A stretch of DNA of 62,859 nucleotides, the filler included, from Octopus bimaculoides (lineage: Eukaryota), in NCBI RefSeq assembly GCF_001194135.2. It is 6 parts of 6 records of this genome, joined end to end, with 100 filler letters (N's around TTAATTAATTAA, not from the genome) between each part and the next. Parts side by side here need not be neighbours in the genome. Positions count along the whole stretch, not along the records: positions 5,034 to 35,751 come from NC_068986.1; 5 more parts are not named here. One strand, given 5' to 3'. Under the pieces are notes generated by a model. The model saw only the letters and a list, made by a program, of their open reading frames with translations. It did no database searches and was not told the origin of the DNA. How positions within the stretch are numbered: position 1 is the first letter of the stretch; every line of letters starts with the position of its first letter. A program made the position numbers and the translations under genes. This document shows positions 12,076 to 25,832 of this stretch, one piece after another.

Positions 12076-12137
12076 AAGTCTGTCTTTGTGAAGAAAACTT
12101 TGAAACGCCATTTTCATTTAATGATAGTGATTCACAA
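12076..12137 (+). CDS. Candidate exon
   Basis: ACTTGCAG|AA GTC..CAA|GTACAG; phase 1 to 0; EVCLCEENFETPFSFNDSDSQ. Confidence 0.2.
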
Positions 12138-12863
12138 GTACAGGAATTTATATATTAATGTATTTCGTCTCCTATAATCTCATTGTTTCATTCTGTCAAT
12201 GTAATATACGCAGCTTTTGAAATTGTTGAGAATTAATATTAGATATCTCTGTTCAGAGACTGAGTTACCCAGGCCAAAAATGTTTTCCTCAACGCAATGT
12301 TTAAACGCAATGTTATATATAACCTCTTAGCATTAAGATTATTATTCCTTAGTTTATTCCCTCACATCTACCTCTCTCCAAACTGCGACGTATTTTGAGC
12401 TGAAGCCTGCAAGTCTCACTCCGTTGAGGTTATCTTGACAATTCTTTCAACAATTCAGTTTCTACCATCACTTTTTATGTAGCATATGCAACAGTTTATT
12501 TACTACTTATGTCATTCAGAATCTATTGTCTAGACAGTATACATATTCACTGAATGTTTTACATAATTGCATGTGCAAATAAAGATTAAGAAATTAAAGA
12601 ATTGCGCTAAATGCTCTCCATAACTTTCACGTTTAAGCGCACACTTTCAGAAACAAGTGCGCACACAAAACCACACACACACATTAGCTTCTCAATTTTG
12701 ATATTTCGAAAATTTGTGTATGTGTATATTGTCACTTTCAACAAATACACTTGTCTTAAATAACAGTATGCTCATCATAAATTACATAAAATATTTATTT
12801 TATCTTCAGTTATATCCTTTTACATTTCGAATACTACATGAGCATGTTTAGCATTTAATGACG

Positions 12864-12963
12864 TTTTAATATCATTCCATATGTATTCTGTATTTTAATA
12901 TCACTCCATATGTATTCTGTATTTTAATATCACTCCATATGTATTCTGTATTTTAATATCACT
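12864..12963. repeat. 29-bp minisatellite, ~3.4 copies
   Basis: TTTTAATATCACTCCATATGTATTCTGTA at 12864, 12893, 12922 and partially at 12951. Confidence 0.95.
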
Positions 12964-13226
12964 GCATTAATGCAGATTTTTCTAATATTTTGTGAATAGT
13001 TTGGATGCGCTTCTAAGAATATTTGCTTTGCTGATATGTTTCTGAAGTGTGTATAATTAATGTAAAATTTTAGAATTTTAAGCTAAACACACATACACAC
13101 AAACATGTAATATATCCATAAGTATGTATGCATGTATGTATGTATGTATGTATGTATGTATGTATGTATGTAGGTATGTAAGCATGTTCTTTTCTGCTTT
13201 TATTCTTTTTAATTCTTCCTTTGCAG

Positions 13227-13313
13227 AACGATCTAGTTTCTAACAAATATACAAAGCTCCATCATTTGAATTTAGATACCGAAAACGTTCCAAACGTCAG
13301 AAAAGTCTTGTAA
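13227..13313 (+). CDS. Candidate terminal exon
   Basis: Long pyrimidine tract + TTTGCAG|; NDLVSNKYTKLHHLNLDTENVPNVRKVL*. It may instead be a repeat tail. Confidence 0.2.
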   Translation, partial: NDLVSNKYTKLHHLNLDTENVPNVRKVL

Positions 13314-13469
13314 ATATATTACGCACTCACATACATACACACAGGGGCACGTACACACACATTTACGTCCTCCTATTAAACGATAGCTAGGCAATACATT
13401 ATATACTTATTTACTGTATAGTATGTAAACGATATAAACAGATAGTGTAATATAATATTATATATTATA

Positions 13470-13665
13470 TTCTTTTATTTGTTTCAGATTGCCATGCTGG
13501 AGCACCGCCATTTTAGTCCACCAAGTCGACCCCAGGACTTATACTTTGTAAGCCTTGTATTTATTATATCGCTCTCTTATGCCGAACCGCTAGGTTACGG
13601 GGACGTAAGCATGCTAGCATCGGTTGTCAAGCGATGGTTGGGGGACAAACACAGATCCACAAAGC
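13470..13665 (-). mobile_element. SINE 3' half (6972 family)
   Basis: GCCATGCTGGAGCACCGCC..CATCGGTTGTCAAGCGA. Confidence 0.85.
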
Positions 13666-13716
13666 CACTCCTTATACAATGCTATTACAGTATGCTATAC
13701 ATACATACAAACATAT

Positions 13717-13805
<89 letters not shown>

Positions 13806-15031
13806 NNNNNNNNNNNNNNNNNNNNNNNNNNNNNNNNNNNNNNNNNNNNNNNNNNNNNNNNNNNNNNNNNNNNNNNNNNNNNNNNNNNNNNNNNNNNNNN
13901 NNNNNNNNNNNNNNNNNNNNNNNNNNNNNNNNNNNNNNNNNNNNNNNNNNNNNNNNNNNNNNNNNNNNNNNNNNNNNNNNNNNNNNNNNNNNNNNNNNNN
14001 NNNNNNNNNNNNNNNNNNNNNNNNNNNNNNNNNNNNNNNNNNNNNNNNNNNNNNATATATATATATATATATAATTCTCTATTTATGTTATCGACTGTAT
14101 GGACCGACATTTAACATATGATACCCAGTGGAGTATCTGTTACTCTTTTGCTGAAATTTATATGACGCTTACATGAAGCAGAAACCTTTCAAATTAAAAA
14201 GAAAAAATACTGTGATTGTAAACAAAGCACGACGTGAGAGGTGTGGTTACATCTAATAAAATATGGAGTCTGGATTTTTTGTCCTGCAGAGCGAAAAATG
14301 ACGAATGTTCTAGCAAGGAAGTAACAGTGGGAAAATACAAGATTGAGATATATGCACTTTGTATGCACGGAGAAAAATATCATTTGTGCAAATGCCAAAC
14401 CTCCATGAATTTCTTATTACCTATTGCACTATAATTATTTTAGTATAAATCATTCTAGAATGTGACCGCATTTATTTTTCAAATGTGGATTTTTATACAA
14501 TAAGTGAACCACTATTCCACTATTTTCTCGTTGTTTTCTACTACAATAACCGTGCCTGAAACATACGAAACGTGGTATTTTAAAAGATGATTAAATGTGA
14601 AGACTACAGGTCTCATGGAACTCCAAGCAGTTCATACTTTTTGATATTTCTGGCTTGCTAACGACTCCGCCAGTTCGCCTCCTTCAATAATGGAAATATT
14701 ATAAATAGGACATTTATAAACCACACCTCTTCGTTGTACATGAAGGTAAACCTATTAGTACAATAATCAGATATTTAATGCCATAATCATACATATCAAC
14801 TGTATCCCTGCAATAACCTTCTCCTCACACAGAGGTCATTAGGTAGTTTTGTATAAAAGGAGGCAGACAAAAGGTTTCCTGCTATTCCGATTCAGGCTGA
14901 GTCTTTATCAACGCCGGCAGTATCACTTGGATGAGGGTGAATGATACTGAAAAATCGATAAACTTGCCAGATGGCTGCAATATCATAGATGATGCATAGC
15001 ATCTGCGAAACTTATCTTGAAACTAAAACTA

Positions 15032-16295
15032 ACCGAGGACCAGGTTACACGTTCACAGACTGCCCAAGATACTCTCATGAGATCTGACCAAAGTAGGTTT
15101 ACTTTCCTGTATAGACTCTTTGTGGTTCATACACTTCATCCATTTGTACCGTAGTGCTTGGTTCCCATCATTAGAGAAGCGTTCATCCTGTTGATCAAGA
15201 ATGTCATGAACAGCAAGTATGACATCATCCTCAGTACGCTATTGTCCCCAGCCAAATGTATTTTCATCTTAACCAGATGAATGTCAGATGGGGCCGAATC
15301 TGGAGGGTAGGGAGAAGTGATCAATCAGTTTGAAGACAGTAAGACTCAGCAGCCATTGAAAGTAAGGACTTTGTTTTGGAGCTTTGTCCTCAAGAAACAA
15401 GACCATTTTCTTCAGTTTTTTTTTCTGGGCGTTTGGTATTGATAGCATTTCGTAACTGCCTTAGCAATTTGGCATTATCGTCTCCACTGATGGCGGAGAA
15501 ATTTTCAAGATTTTCAAACGACAATGCCTTTTGCATCACAAAAAGAAATTGATGCCGTCCGCTTCCCAGGAATTGAAACTACCTTGGCCTTCCTTGGATT
15601 TTCCCTTTGCAATATGGCCGAAAGTGACGACTCCTGCTTTCATCCTGGATTCGAATACGTTCAAATAATGCAGCTAGATCTGCCTCACACAATTTCAGAT
15701 TTTCTCAACATGTGATCAGCCTGGGGCTCTCTTGATCAGATATCAAAAGACATTCCACGCGCCAAGCAGGAACCTTCTTCATGCCAAGATCATTGCACAA
15801 AATTTTTTGAACTGTCTCAAGATATGCTAATACTGTTGGCTTATCGATTTATAGTCAATCGTATGACATCCATAACGCTATTGTGTAGAATATCAACGTT
15901 TTCCTCTGTGTTGGCAGATTCAGGATGCCCAAATCTTGAGGCATTTTCATAATGATCCCTTCCCATTCTACATTCAGCTGCTCACTTTTGCACAGTTGAT
16001 AAAGCCGGTGGGTCATCTCATGATGTAGAAACAACGTCAGCATGAATGTCCTTGGGAGATAAACTCTTTGGATATAATCTATAAACAACACGATGCCGAA
16101 TTATGTCGATTTTCAAGAAAACGCTCCATTCGTGTACATTTGAAATATTCTTGTTAGTTTTAGATGTCCGTTTACCTGGTAAAAAAAATAATGCAGTTGA
16201 TAATAAGAAGGATTGAAATGAATGCATGCAAGATTTCACAGTTCTAGTGTCATTCCATTATAGTTAGCCTACTAAATTTTGATTCCAAACTCGTA
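15032..16295 (-). mobile_element. Degenerate mariner (DD34D) transposon
   Basis: Remnants RHRVVYRL..LSPKDIHAD and SPYPPDSAPSDIHL. Decayed TIRs (..CTCGTA at 16290-16295). About 1.26 kb. Confidence 0.88.
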
Positions 16296-16330
16296 TACAT
16301 ATACAGGTGTGTATAAGTATATAGATACTT

Positions 16331-16373
<43 letters not shown>

Positions 16374-17088
16374 CATATATACGTAAGTACATGCTTAAAT
16401 ATATATATATATATACATATATACTTTGGGTATGGTACATGAGTTCAGCAAAAATTTAGATCCAGATGAATATGGTACTTAAGTTGAGGCACCAGAATTC
16501 AGTACGATATTATCCATATGTAGATGTTCTTCAAGCATTTTTCATTACAATTCTGTATTTTTATTTTATACCACCTTCTTTAATAACCAAGTATTCTACT
16601 TTATCGTAGCCCACCAATGTTTCCCTCTATTCACGTCTGAAGCTTACTTAACTATTCTGTACGCTGCTAACGTTTGATGGCATCTGAGCAGTATGTTAAA
16701 TCGTTTTACATAACCGTGATATTCCAACTGAAGATAACATATACCGTTATATTCACTTTTGTATCATTTTCCGTAAAGCGACAAACAATTTCATATGATA
16801 TTTAAAGGTTAATGACCATGCAATTTTACTCCTTGAATGGAAATTCAGGCAATGATCAGGTGCTGCATATATAGTTGCTAATTTAATGAGCTTTTATTGA
16901 AATGATACTAATCTAGGATGATGGCTCTCACAATTTTTAGTGGATCATAATAGAGATAATACTTCAAAGTGCTTCTATAAAATTTGGGTATGAAGAGGCT
17001 CGGCAAACGACAAGGTAGATTTCTTTTACTCCCGACATAGGTATATGTGAATGCACACACAGACACACATATGTGTGTGTGTGTATGT

Positions 17089-17128
<40 letters not shown>

Positions 17129-17329
17129 GTGTGTGTACACATACATACACATATGATGGGCTGATGGGAGTAAAATAAGACCTTCTTAAAATTTATATTT
17201 TTATGGGTGATATATTGTTATGCAACAGAAAATATTGCTAAGTGTGTTCGAATTTGAATCGGCTCATGAAAGTTGAATTGTATCTATGGTTACAGGAATG
17301 AATGTCTCTCCGCAGTGATTTTTTTTCAT

Positions 17330-17530
17330 CCTGCGCATCACCATGGGGCTACTTCAGCAGTGTTTGGGTGAACGGATTATTTCGAATGGTCTTTGGCCAC
17401 AAAGCCCACCTGATTGAACACCGCTAGACTTTTTATCTGGGGAGCAGGTAAAGGATCAGTGCACAAGAATCGATCGAAAACCATTAAATAGTTACTGCGG
17501 AGAGACGTTTTGAACACCCCGGGTGTATAG
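17330..17530 (+). pseudogene. IS630-Tc1-mariner transposase C-terminal fragment
   Basis: LGERIISNGLWPQSPPD*TPLDF..WG (WPPRSPDLTPLDFFLWG type), followed by the TIR-like GTTTTGAACACCCCG. Confidence 0.65.
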
Positions 17531-18058
17531 GCTTGACAACCGATGTTGCTGTGTTTACGTCCGTGAAACTCAGCGGTTCGTCAAAAGCGACCGATGGAAT
17601 AAGTACTAGGCTTACAAATAATAAGTCCTGAGGTCCATTTGTTGGACGTGTAGACTATGTGATGGTCTACACGACTTCTTATAGAAAAGAAATCTGGCAG
17701 TTGTAAAAAAAAAGTCACCCCCAATAGGGAAACACAAATTCTGAACCCAGTGAACTTCGGAAATTAAGGAAATCATTTTGCCTTCATGAACGAATTCGTC
17801 ATTCTCCTATCTATGATACGAGGCGAACCAAGATCCTTCTATGAAGTACAGACTGGGGTGGAAGTATCGAATTCATCATGCACAAATTGAACCAAACAAA
17901 AAAAAAAACACATGTGAATGTGGTGTGATCAAATCACAACGCGTAGGAGAATTGACCACATAAGAGGGTGGTGAAAACTGGTACAATGTCACACAGCTGC
18001 TCCAGCTTGACCGCAGTCATGTAGTTGAAACACAAAGTGAAAGAATTAAAAGTAACAA
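17530..18058 (+). mobile_element. SINE 3' part split by a ~346-bp insertion
   Basis: GCTTGACAACCGATG..GGAC (to 17647) resumes as GCTGCTCCAGC..GCAGTC at ~17996. Confidence 0.75.
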
Positions 18059-18085
18059 ACAACTGTCGTTACATGAGTAAGTGTG

Positions 18086-18130
<45 letters not shown>

Positions 18131-19245
18131 GTGTGTGTTTGTGTTTGTGTGTCTGTACATATACACGTACAATAAGAAAGGGAGAGGGAACAGCAGATAG
18201 ATAGGAAGATAAATATAATAATTTACTATCCTAGTTAAAGGTCTCGGGCATTATGCGTATGAATGCACACCCACACACACACATGCACACACATGCACAC
18301 CCACACACTCACATACAAACGTGCATATATGAGGTTATGCACACGCATCCAAATACATATGTGTGTGTGCGTGTGTGTGAATGCCAGTGGGTCTGCGTAT
18401 AGGAACTTATATATCTATGTGCGTATATAATATATAAACACAGACAATGGGTCTGAGTTATTGTAGAGATGATAACAAAGAGTGACCTATAGATATATGA
18501 ATACATTAATCTTGTGTACTGCTCTCTCGTGTACTAGAAATATAGTAAAATATTAATGGAAAGCACTTGAGAAAAACAGACAGAAGGAAGATTTTCTAAA
18601 TACATAACTCATTTAAATAAGAAACGCAATACGTTGATCCCTTTAAGAGAGGTTACTGTATATTTCACTGTTAAATTCGTCGTATATATATTCTAACTTT
18701 TATGAACACAGTATATATATATGTATATATATATATATATATATATNNNNNNNNNNNNNNNNNNNNNNNNNNNNNNNNNNNNNNNNNNNNNNNNNNNNNN
18801 NNNNNNNNNNNNNNNNNNNNNNNNNNNNNNNNNNNNNNNNNNNNNNNNNNNNNNNNNNNNNNNNNNNNNNNNNNNNNNNNNNNNNNNNNNNNNNNNNNNN
18901 NNNNNNNNNNNNNNNNNNNNNNNNNNNNNNNNNNNNNNNNNNNNNNNNNNNNNNNNNNNNNNNNNNNNNNNNNNNNNNNNNNNNNNNNNNNNNNNNNNNN
19001 NNNNNNNNNNNNNNNNNNNNNNNNNNNNNNNNNNNNNNNNNNNNNNNNNNNNNNNNNNNNNNNNNNNNNNNNNNNNNNNNNNNNNNNNNNNNNNNNNNNN
19101 NNNNNNNNNNNNNNNNNNNNNNNNNNNNNNNNNNNNNNNNNNNNNNNNNNNNNNNNNNNNNNNNNNNNNNNNNNNNNNNNNNNNNNNNNNNNNNNNNNNN
19201 NNNNNNNNNNNNNNNNNNNNNNNNNNNNNNNNNNNNNNNNNNNNN

Positions 19246-19284
<39 letters not shown>

Positions 19285-19309
19285 TGAATTTAGTAGCTTG
19301 TATAGAGAA

Positions 19310-19700
19310 ATACATATATTTTATGGTTGCCTCCTGATTCCAAGTAATGTAAACGTTTGACTGTTCTCCCAAACACTAGCTAGAAAGTTTCCTCATTGCC
19401 TGCAGTTTAAAATCTCGCATTCCCATGTGCGGTAACGATGCGTTCCTATGCCTGTGGTGATTCAAAAAGCTTCATTCCTACGGTGATGCGATATTTTACT
19501 TCTTCGTAGAATTTTTCATTAATTATTTTGCTCATGTCTTAAGATGCGACCCTAATCAACAATTGCAGACGATAACGCATGTGTAACACCAGGGTTTTCT
19601 TTCTCCTAGCGATATCGAGACAAGGTTATTTAATCGATGGTGCATAATGACCATTGGTGTTACTGAGTTCCTCCGATATTTTCACACTGCGTCCAACAAA
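19310..19700 (-). pseudogene. Probable RTE-type LINE RT C-terminal remnant
   Basis: Broken translation KIINEKFYEEVKYRI.. and CL..NVYITWNQ resembles RTE 'EEVxxRI' and 'CLRxILxIxW'. Heavily decayed. Confidence 0.4.
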
Positions 19701-20089
19701 AAGTCCCACTCATTGCCGAGTATCCGAGGTACGTTTATCGGTTCAGTCAGCGACTGTCTTGAACATGCAAGAGATTTAGCTGGGTTACACTGTACTACGG
19801 AACTAGTAACATCAAGAGTGACATAAAATGAATATATATATATATGTCTCTTAAAAGATAGCGCTCAAAATCAATGCATTGATGATACTTTATTGTAGCA
19901 ACAATTATAATAACAGAAACAGCCACAATAAGCCAAACCTATGCACATTTCAATAACGTTTAAAGCTTACAGATGTCTACATATTTATAGGCATACGTTT
20001 GCATTTTATACATACGAATTACCGGAATGTGTATATGCACAAGTTCGCAATTTAGGAATAGGTATATTCATCTCTATATATTTTACTGG

Positions 20090-20209
20090 AATTACGTCTC
20101 TGGCGCAAATATATGAGTGTATATGTATATGGGTGTAGGTATACATGTGGAGACATGCGTGGGTGTACGTGTGTATATATGTATATATATATATATGTGT
20201 GTGTGTGTG

Positions 20210-20264
<55 letters not shown>

Positions 20265-20668
20265 ATATGTATGTATATGTGGGTGGGTATATATATATGT
20301 GTGTGTATGTATATGTATGTGTGTCTATGTGTATATATGTATGTGTGTATATGTATGTGTATATGTATATGTATATATGTGTTTATTTTTGTATGGTTAT
20401 GTTTGTTTGTGTGTATATATATGTATGTACGTGTGTGTATGTAGATGTATGTGTGTGTGTGTACATGTATACATGTATACATATATGTGTGTATATGTTT
20501 GTATGTGTGTATATGCATATGTATGGGTGTATATATATGTGTATATATGGAGGTATAGCTATATGTATGTATGTATGTACGTATGTGTGTATGTGAGTAT
20601 GTATACGTATATATGAATATGTATGTGTGTATATGTGTGCTTTTATATGTGGGTGTATATGTATGTGT
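20090..20668. repeat. Compound degenerate (TA/TG/TATG)n array
   Basis: Direct reading. It is the source of several spurious ORFs. Confidence 0.95.
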
Positions 20669-22645
20669 NNNNNNNNNNNNNNNNNNNNNNNNNNNNNNNN
20701 NNNNNNNNNNNNNNNNNNNNNNNNNNNNNNNNNNNNNNNNNNNNNNNNNNNNNNNNNNNNNNNNNNNNNNNNNNNNNNNNNNNNNNNNNNNNNNNNNNNN
20801 NNNNNNNNNNNNNNNNNNNNNNNNNNNNNNNNNNNNNNNNNNNNNNNNNNNNNNNNNNNNNNNNNNNNNNNNNNNNNNNNNNNNNNNNNNNNNNNNNNNN
20901 NNNNNNNNNNNNNNNNNNNNNNNNNNNNNNNNNNNNNNNNNNNNNNNNNNNNNNNNNNNNNNNNNNNNNNNNNNNNNNNNNNNNNNNNNNNNNNNNNNNN
21001 NNNNNNNNNNNNNNNNNNNNNNNNNNNNNNNNNNNNNNNNNNNNNNNNNNNNNNNNNNNNNNNNNNNNNNNNNNNNNNNNNNNNNNNNNNNNNNNNNNNN
21101 NNNNNNNNNNNNNNNNNNNNNNNNNNNNNNNNNNNNNNNNNNNNNNNNNNNNNNNNNNNNNNNNNNNNNNNNNNNNNNNNNNNNNNNNNNNNNNNNNNNN
21201 NNNNNNNNNNNNNNNNNNNNNNNNNNNNNNNNNNNNNNNNNNNNNNNNNNNNNNNNNNNNNNNNNNNNNNNNNNNNNNNNNNNNNNNNNNNNNNNNNNNN
21301 NNNNNNNNNNNNNNNNNNNNNTATATATATATATATATATTATATATTAACATAGTTAGCAGTTAGAATAACCGACTAAGGGATAAAGTATCTCTATATA
21401 CTATCGGTATCCGTTACCTGTATTATCCCCGGGCGATGGTGTGGAGGCACACCATGCACGTAGAGTGCAGGTAACAACAGGATAAACTAGAGTTTATTAG
21501 GAACCAATGTAAATAATTAGGAAATGTAGAAAACCATAGATTAACTAACACATCGATTGGACCGCATTCATAGCTTATTTATTAATACCAGCATGACTAA
21601 ACACATCTTACAACCGTTTCTAATCAGATTGCCAGAATGCAGTCTATCCATAAATGCGAGAGTGAAATTCTTCATCTTCATAGGGTATTCGAATTAAGGC
21701 AAAATATCGTTATCAGAGTGAAAAAAAAGAGCATACGATATGTCTAAGCCATTTTTCTTTCCTTTTCCTTATTCCTGTTATTTATATTGTAAGTTCTTGT
21801 TTTTCACTCAGATGAATAACTGTTGCCTTAATTCGAACGTCCTATTGCGATGAAGACTTTTATTTGCGCATTTATGAATTGACTGCATTCTGGGAATCTG
21901 ATTAGAAACGGTTGTAAAATTTATTTTGTTACGCTTTGTCTTAATACATAAGCTATAAATGTGGTCCAATCGATGCGTTGGTTAATCTATAGTTTTCTCC
22001 ATTTTCTAATTACTTATATGTATATATATANNNNNNNNNNNNNNNNNNNNNNNNNNNNNNNNNNNNNNNNNNNNNNNNNNNNNNNNNNNNNNNNNNNNNN
22101 NNNNNNNNNNNNNNNNNNNNNNNNNNNNNNNNNNNNNNNNNNNNNNNNNNNNNNNNNNNNNNNNNNNNNNNNNNNNNNNNNNNNNNNNNNNNNTATACAT
22201 TATGTATGTATGTATGTATGTATGTATGTATGTATGTATGTATGTATGTATGTATAAGCATAGTTGCACACACTAAGAAACAGACCCGCATGTAGCGGCA
22301 GACACTTATTTACATATGTATACGTATCTGTTATACTGTATAAGCAAATGCATGCACACATACATACGTGCATACATACACGTACGCATATTCTTGCATA
22401 CATGCATACAATTGGTGTGTGAGAGTTGTATCTGTTAGTATGTAGTTGCGCCGTTGACCTAATGCAAAACTCCGAATTTTATTACTTGGGAAATTCTACA
22501 AGTCATATCCTTCTCTAACATGCGTACAAGAGTGTAAACTGTTTCTAACATCAGATCAGTTGTCCGTATGCCCCTGTTTGTTTTCTCGTACTAAGGGCGA
22601 AATTCCAATTTTATCATGGATTATCTGCATCCATCATTTAATATA

Positions 22646-23926
22646 TCAGGTTATCCCATAAGTTCTGTCCGAATTTGGAATAAAGAAAACAAGTGATCAA
22701 ATGTTATATTTAATTGAAATTTAATCACCAATGTTACGTTCCTTCTTTATCTATGACTTACTTCGATCTATTTACAAACTTTTTAATTCCATCAATGTAA
22801 AACGCTTTTGGTTTCAAAGCGAAGCACTCTGAAATGTCAGTTTCTACCTCTTTCTGGCTTGCAAAAGTTATGACCTCGAAATGATTCTGTAAACTATGAA
22901 ACAAATGGTAGTCTGAAGGAGCACGGTCGGGAGAACAAGGTAGATGAGGAATTTTTTCCGAACCGAGCTCTTCGATCTTGTATGATGCGATCGTTGCTGT
23001 GTGGGGTCACGCATTGTCCTGATGAAATACTCCTTTTCGATTCACTAAAGCCGGTCTATTTTTCTTCAAAGCTTGGTTCAAACGGTCTAATTGCTGACTG
23101 TAGACTTTAGCATTGATTGTTGCATTAGGTGGTAACAATTCAAAGTGAAGTACTTCTTCGCAATCCCACCAGATAGAGAGAAAAACCTTTTTTCCATGAA
23201 GATCCCTTCTCGGTTGTGGATGAGCCTTTTTCCTTTTACCAAACCACTGTTTACGACGTTTAACATTTCGATAGAAGGTCCACTATTTGTCATCAGTCAC
23301 AAGCCTATCCAAAAGGGTGAAATGAGTTTTCGCGAGAATGGAAAGGAGAGCAGATGTCAACTCGGGATTTGCGGTTGCTTTCGGACAATTCATGAGGCAC
23401 CCATTTTCCAAGTTTAGGAACATTTCCAAGTTGTTGAAAATGACAATGAACAGTTGTATGGTTTGAACTAAGCTTTATTGCCAATTCTTTAACTGATAAT
23501 GCAGGATTTTCTTTAAGTAATGCCTAAAAGAGCTTATCCTCAAGCTCAACTGGACTTCCTTTTCGATCTTCATCTTCTTGGCTGAAATCTCCACATCTGA
23601 ATTTTGCAAACTACCTTCTGCAAGTTTTTCATTCAAGCATTTCTTCCCATAAACTGAGTGTATGTTTCGAGTCGCTTTGGCTGCAGAGTTTCCTTTTTTT
23701 GTACTCATTAAGCAGTATATGCCTCTAATGCTCTTTGGGTACTTCCATGTTAGAAAGGGTTTTAATCAAAGAAATTTTATCTGTAAAATATTATTTAATT
23801 AGTTTAAATGTAGACAAATGCATAAAAATAATTTTAAATTGCATTAGACATTCTAAAATACTATTAAATTTTACTCAATTTAAAAAAAAAAAGGTATAAT
23901 TGGACAGAACTTTTTGGATGCCCTGA
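22646..23926 (-). mobile_element. Full-length degenerate mariner (DD34D, Mos1-like)
   Basis: TIRs TCAGGTTATCCCATAAGTTCTGTCC / rc TCAGGGCATCCAAAAAGTTCTGTCC with TA on both sides. Motifs KKGNSAAKATRNI, VTNSG..W, WWDC and HQDNA*PH..PCSPDRAPSDYHLF (34-aa spacing). 1281 bp. Confidence 0.93.
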
Positions 23927-24563
23927 TATTATCAAGCATATCATATTTCTTAATGGAATTCATTGGTCTTCATGTCTTCATATACCAAATGTTTCTTCAG
24001 GATTAATTAAAATCAATGATGAGTGAATAATTTACGCAAATTGTTGTATCCTCATATGCATAACGTCAATATATTTATTTAAATATCATATGGATTCTTT
24101 CCGAAAATATGTCCCTGATGGGATCCATCAAAACCAAATCGTGAACGCTGATGCACAGAAGTAATATCCCCTAAAGGTATAAATTGATAATTTTATAAAA
24201 ATATTATACCAACTATCTCGAAATTAGCTGCCATATTCGTGAGGTGGCAAGAAAGATTTTTTAATATTTATTTCGAAAACGGACGTTTATTTTCCAATAA
24301 ATATATCTTCGATATATCATTTAGTATACACACAGATTTCCAACTATTCTTGAAAAAATATCCATTAATGCGACACTATTCATGCCAGTTTTCTACATCT
24401 GAGCATAAATTCTAAAGAGCAATAATAGGAATAATATACTTAACATATGTGTGACTCTACGTAAGTATGTATATTTGAATACATATATATATATATACAT
24501 TCACATTACAGGTTATGCGAATGTATGCATATGTGTGAGAGTGTCCGTACATACCTATATATG

Positions 24564-24604
<41 letters not shown>

Positions 24605-25320
24605 NNNNNNNNNNNNNNNNNNNNNNNNNNNNNNNNNNNNNNNNNNNNNNNNNNNNNNNNNNNNNNNNNNNNNNNNNNNNNNNNNNNNNNNNNNNNNNNN
24701 NNNNNNNNNNNNNNNNNNNNNNNNNNNNNNNNNNNNNNNNNNNNNNNNNNNNNNNNNNNNNNNNNNNNNNNNNNNNNNNNNNNNNNNNNNNNNNNNNNNN
24801 NNNNNNNNNNNNNNNNNNNNNNNNNNNNNNNNNNNNNNNNNNNNNNNNNNNNNNNNNNNNNNNNNNNNNNNNNNNNNNNNNNNNNNNNNNNNNNNNNNNN
24901 NNNNNNNNNNNNNNNNNNNNNNNNNNNNNNNNNNNNNNNNNNNNNNNNNNNNNNNNNNNNNNNNNNNNNNNNNNNNNNNNNNNNNNNNNNNNNNNNNNNN
25001 NNNNNNNNNNNNNNNNNNNNNNNNNNNNNNNNNNNNNNNNNNNNNNNNNNNNNNNNNNNNNNNNNNNNNNNNNNNNNNNNNNNNNNNNNNNNNNNNNNNN
25101 NNNNNNNNNNNNNNNNNNNNNNNNNNNNNNNNNNNNNNNNNNNNNNNNNNNNNNNNNNNNNNNNNNNNNNNNNNNNNNNNNNNNNNNNNNNNNNNNNNNN
25201 NNNNNNNNNNNNNNNNNNNNNNNNNNNNNNNNNNNNNNNNNNNNNNNNNNNNNNNNNNNNNNNNNNNNNNNNNNNNNNNNNNNNNNNNNNNNNNNNNNNN
25301 NNNNNNNNNNNNNNNNNNNN

Positions 25321-25362
<42 letters not shown>

Positions 25363-25609
25363 CATACATTATAATAATCATATATACATATGAATATATT
25401 AATAGCAAATTCTTCGACATAATATTTTGACTAAGCTGAATTTTTTTCTTACCGCACATCAGCAACCATATGGAAAGTGGAAGATAACCCGGATGATGGA
25501 AAACTTTGTGACATTTACTTCGAACATTTCGAAGACTACACAAATATGTGAATATAACTACAATAGCGATATTGCAATTAAAGCTCACACACACAACCAC
25601 GCACACAAG

Positions 25610-25649
<40 letters not shown>

Positions 25650-25771
25650 CGCATATATATACGTATACATATTCAGAAATATATCGGGAGGTAGCGTGAG
25701 TGATACAGAGACACATACAGAGAGACCACCGTACAGACAGACAGACAGACAAACAGACAGATAGATAGAAT

Positions 25772-25832
<61 letters not shown>

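Noticed and set aside
12864-12963. 29-bp tandem repeat as a CRISPR-like array
   Set aside because: No spacers and a eukaryotic context; it is a simple minisatellite, as is the AT-rich array at ~43195-43310.
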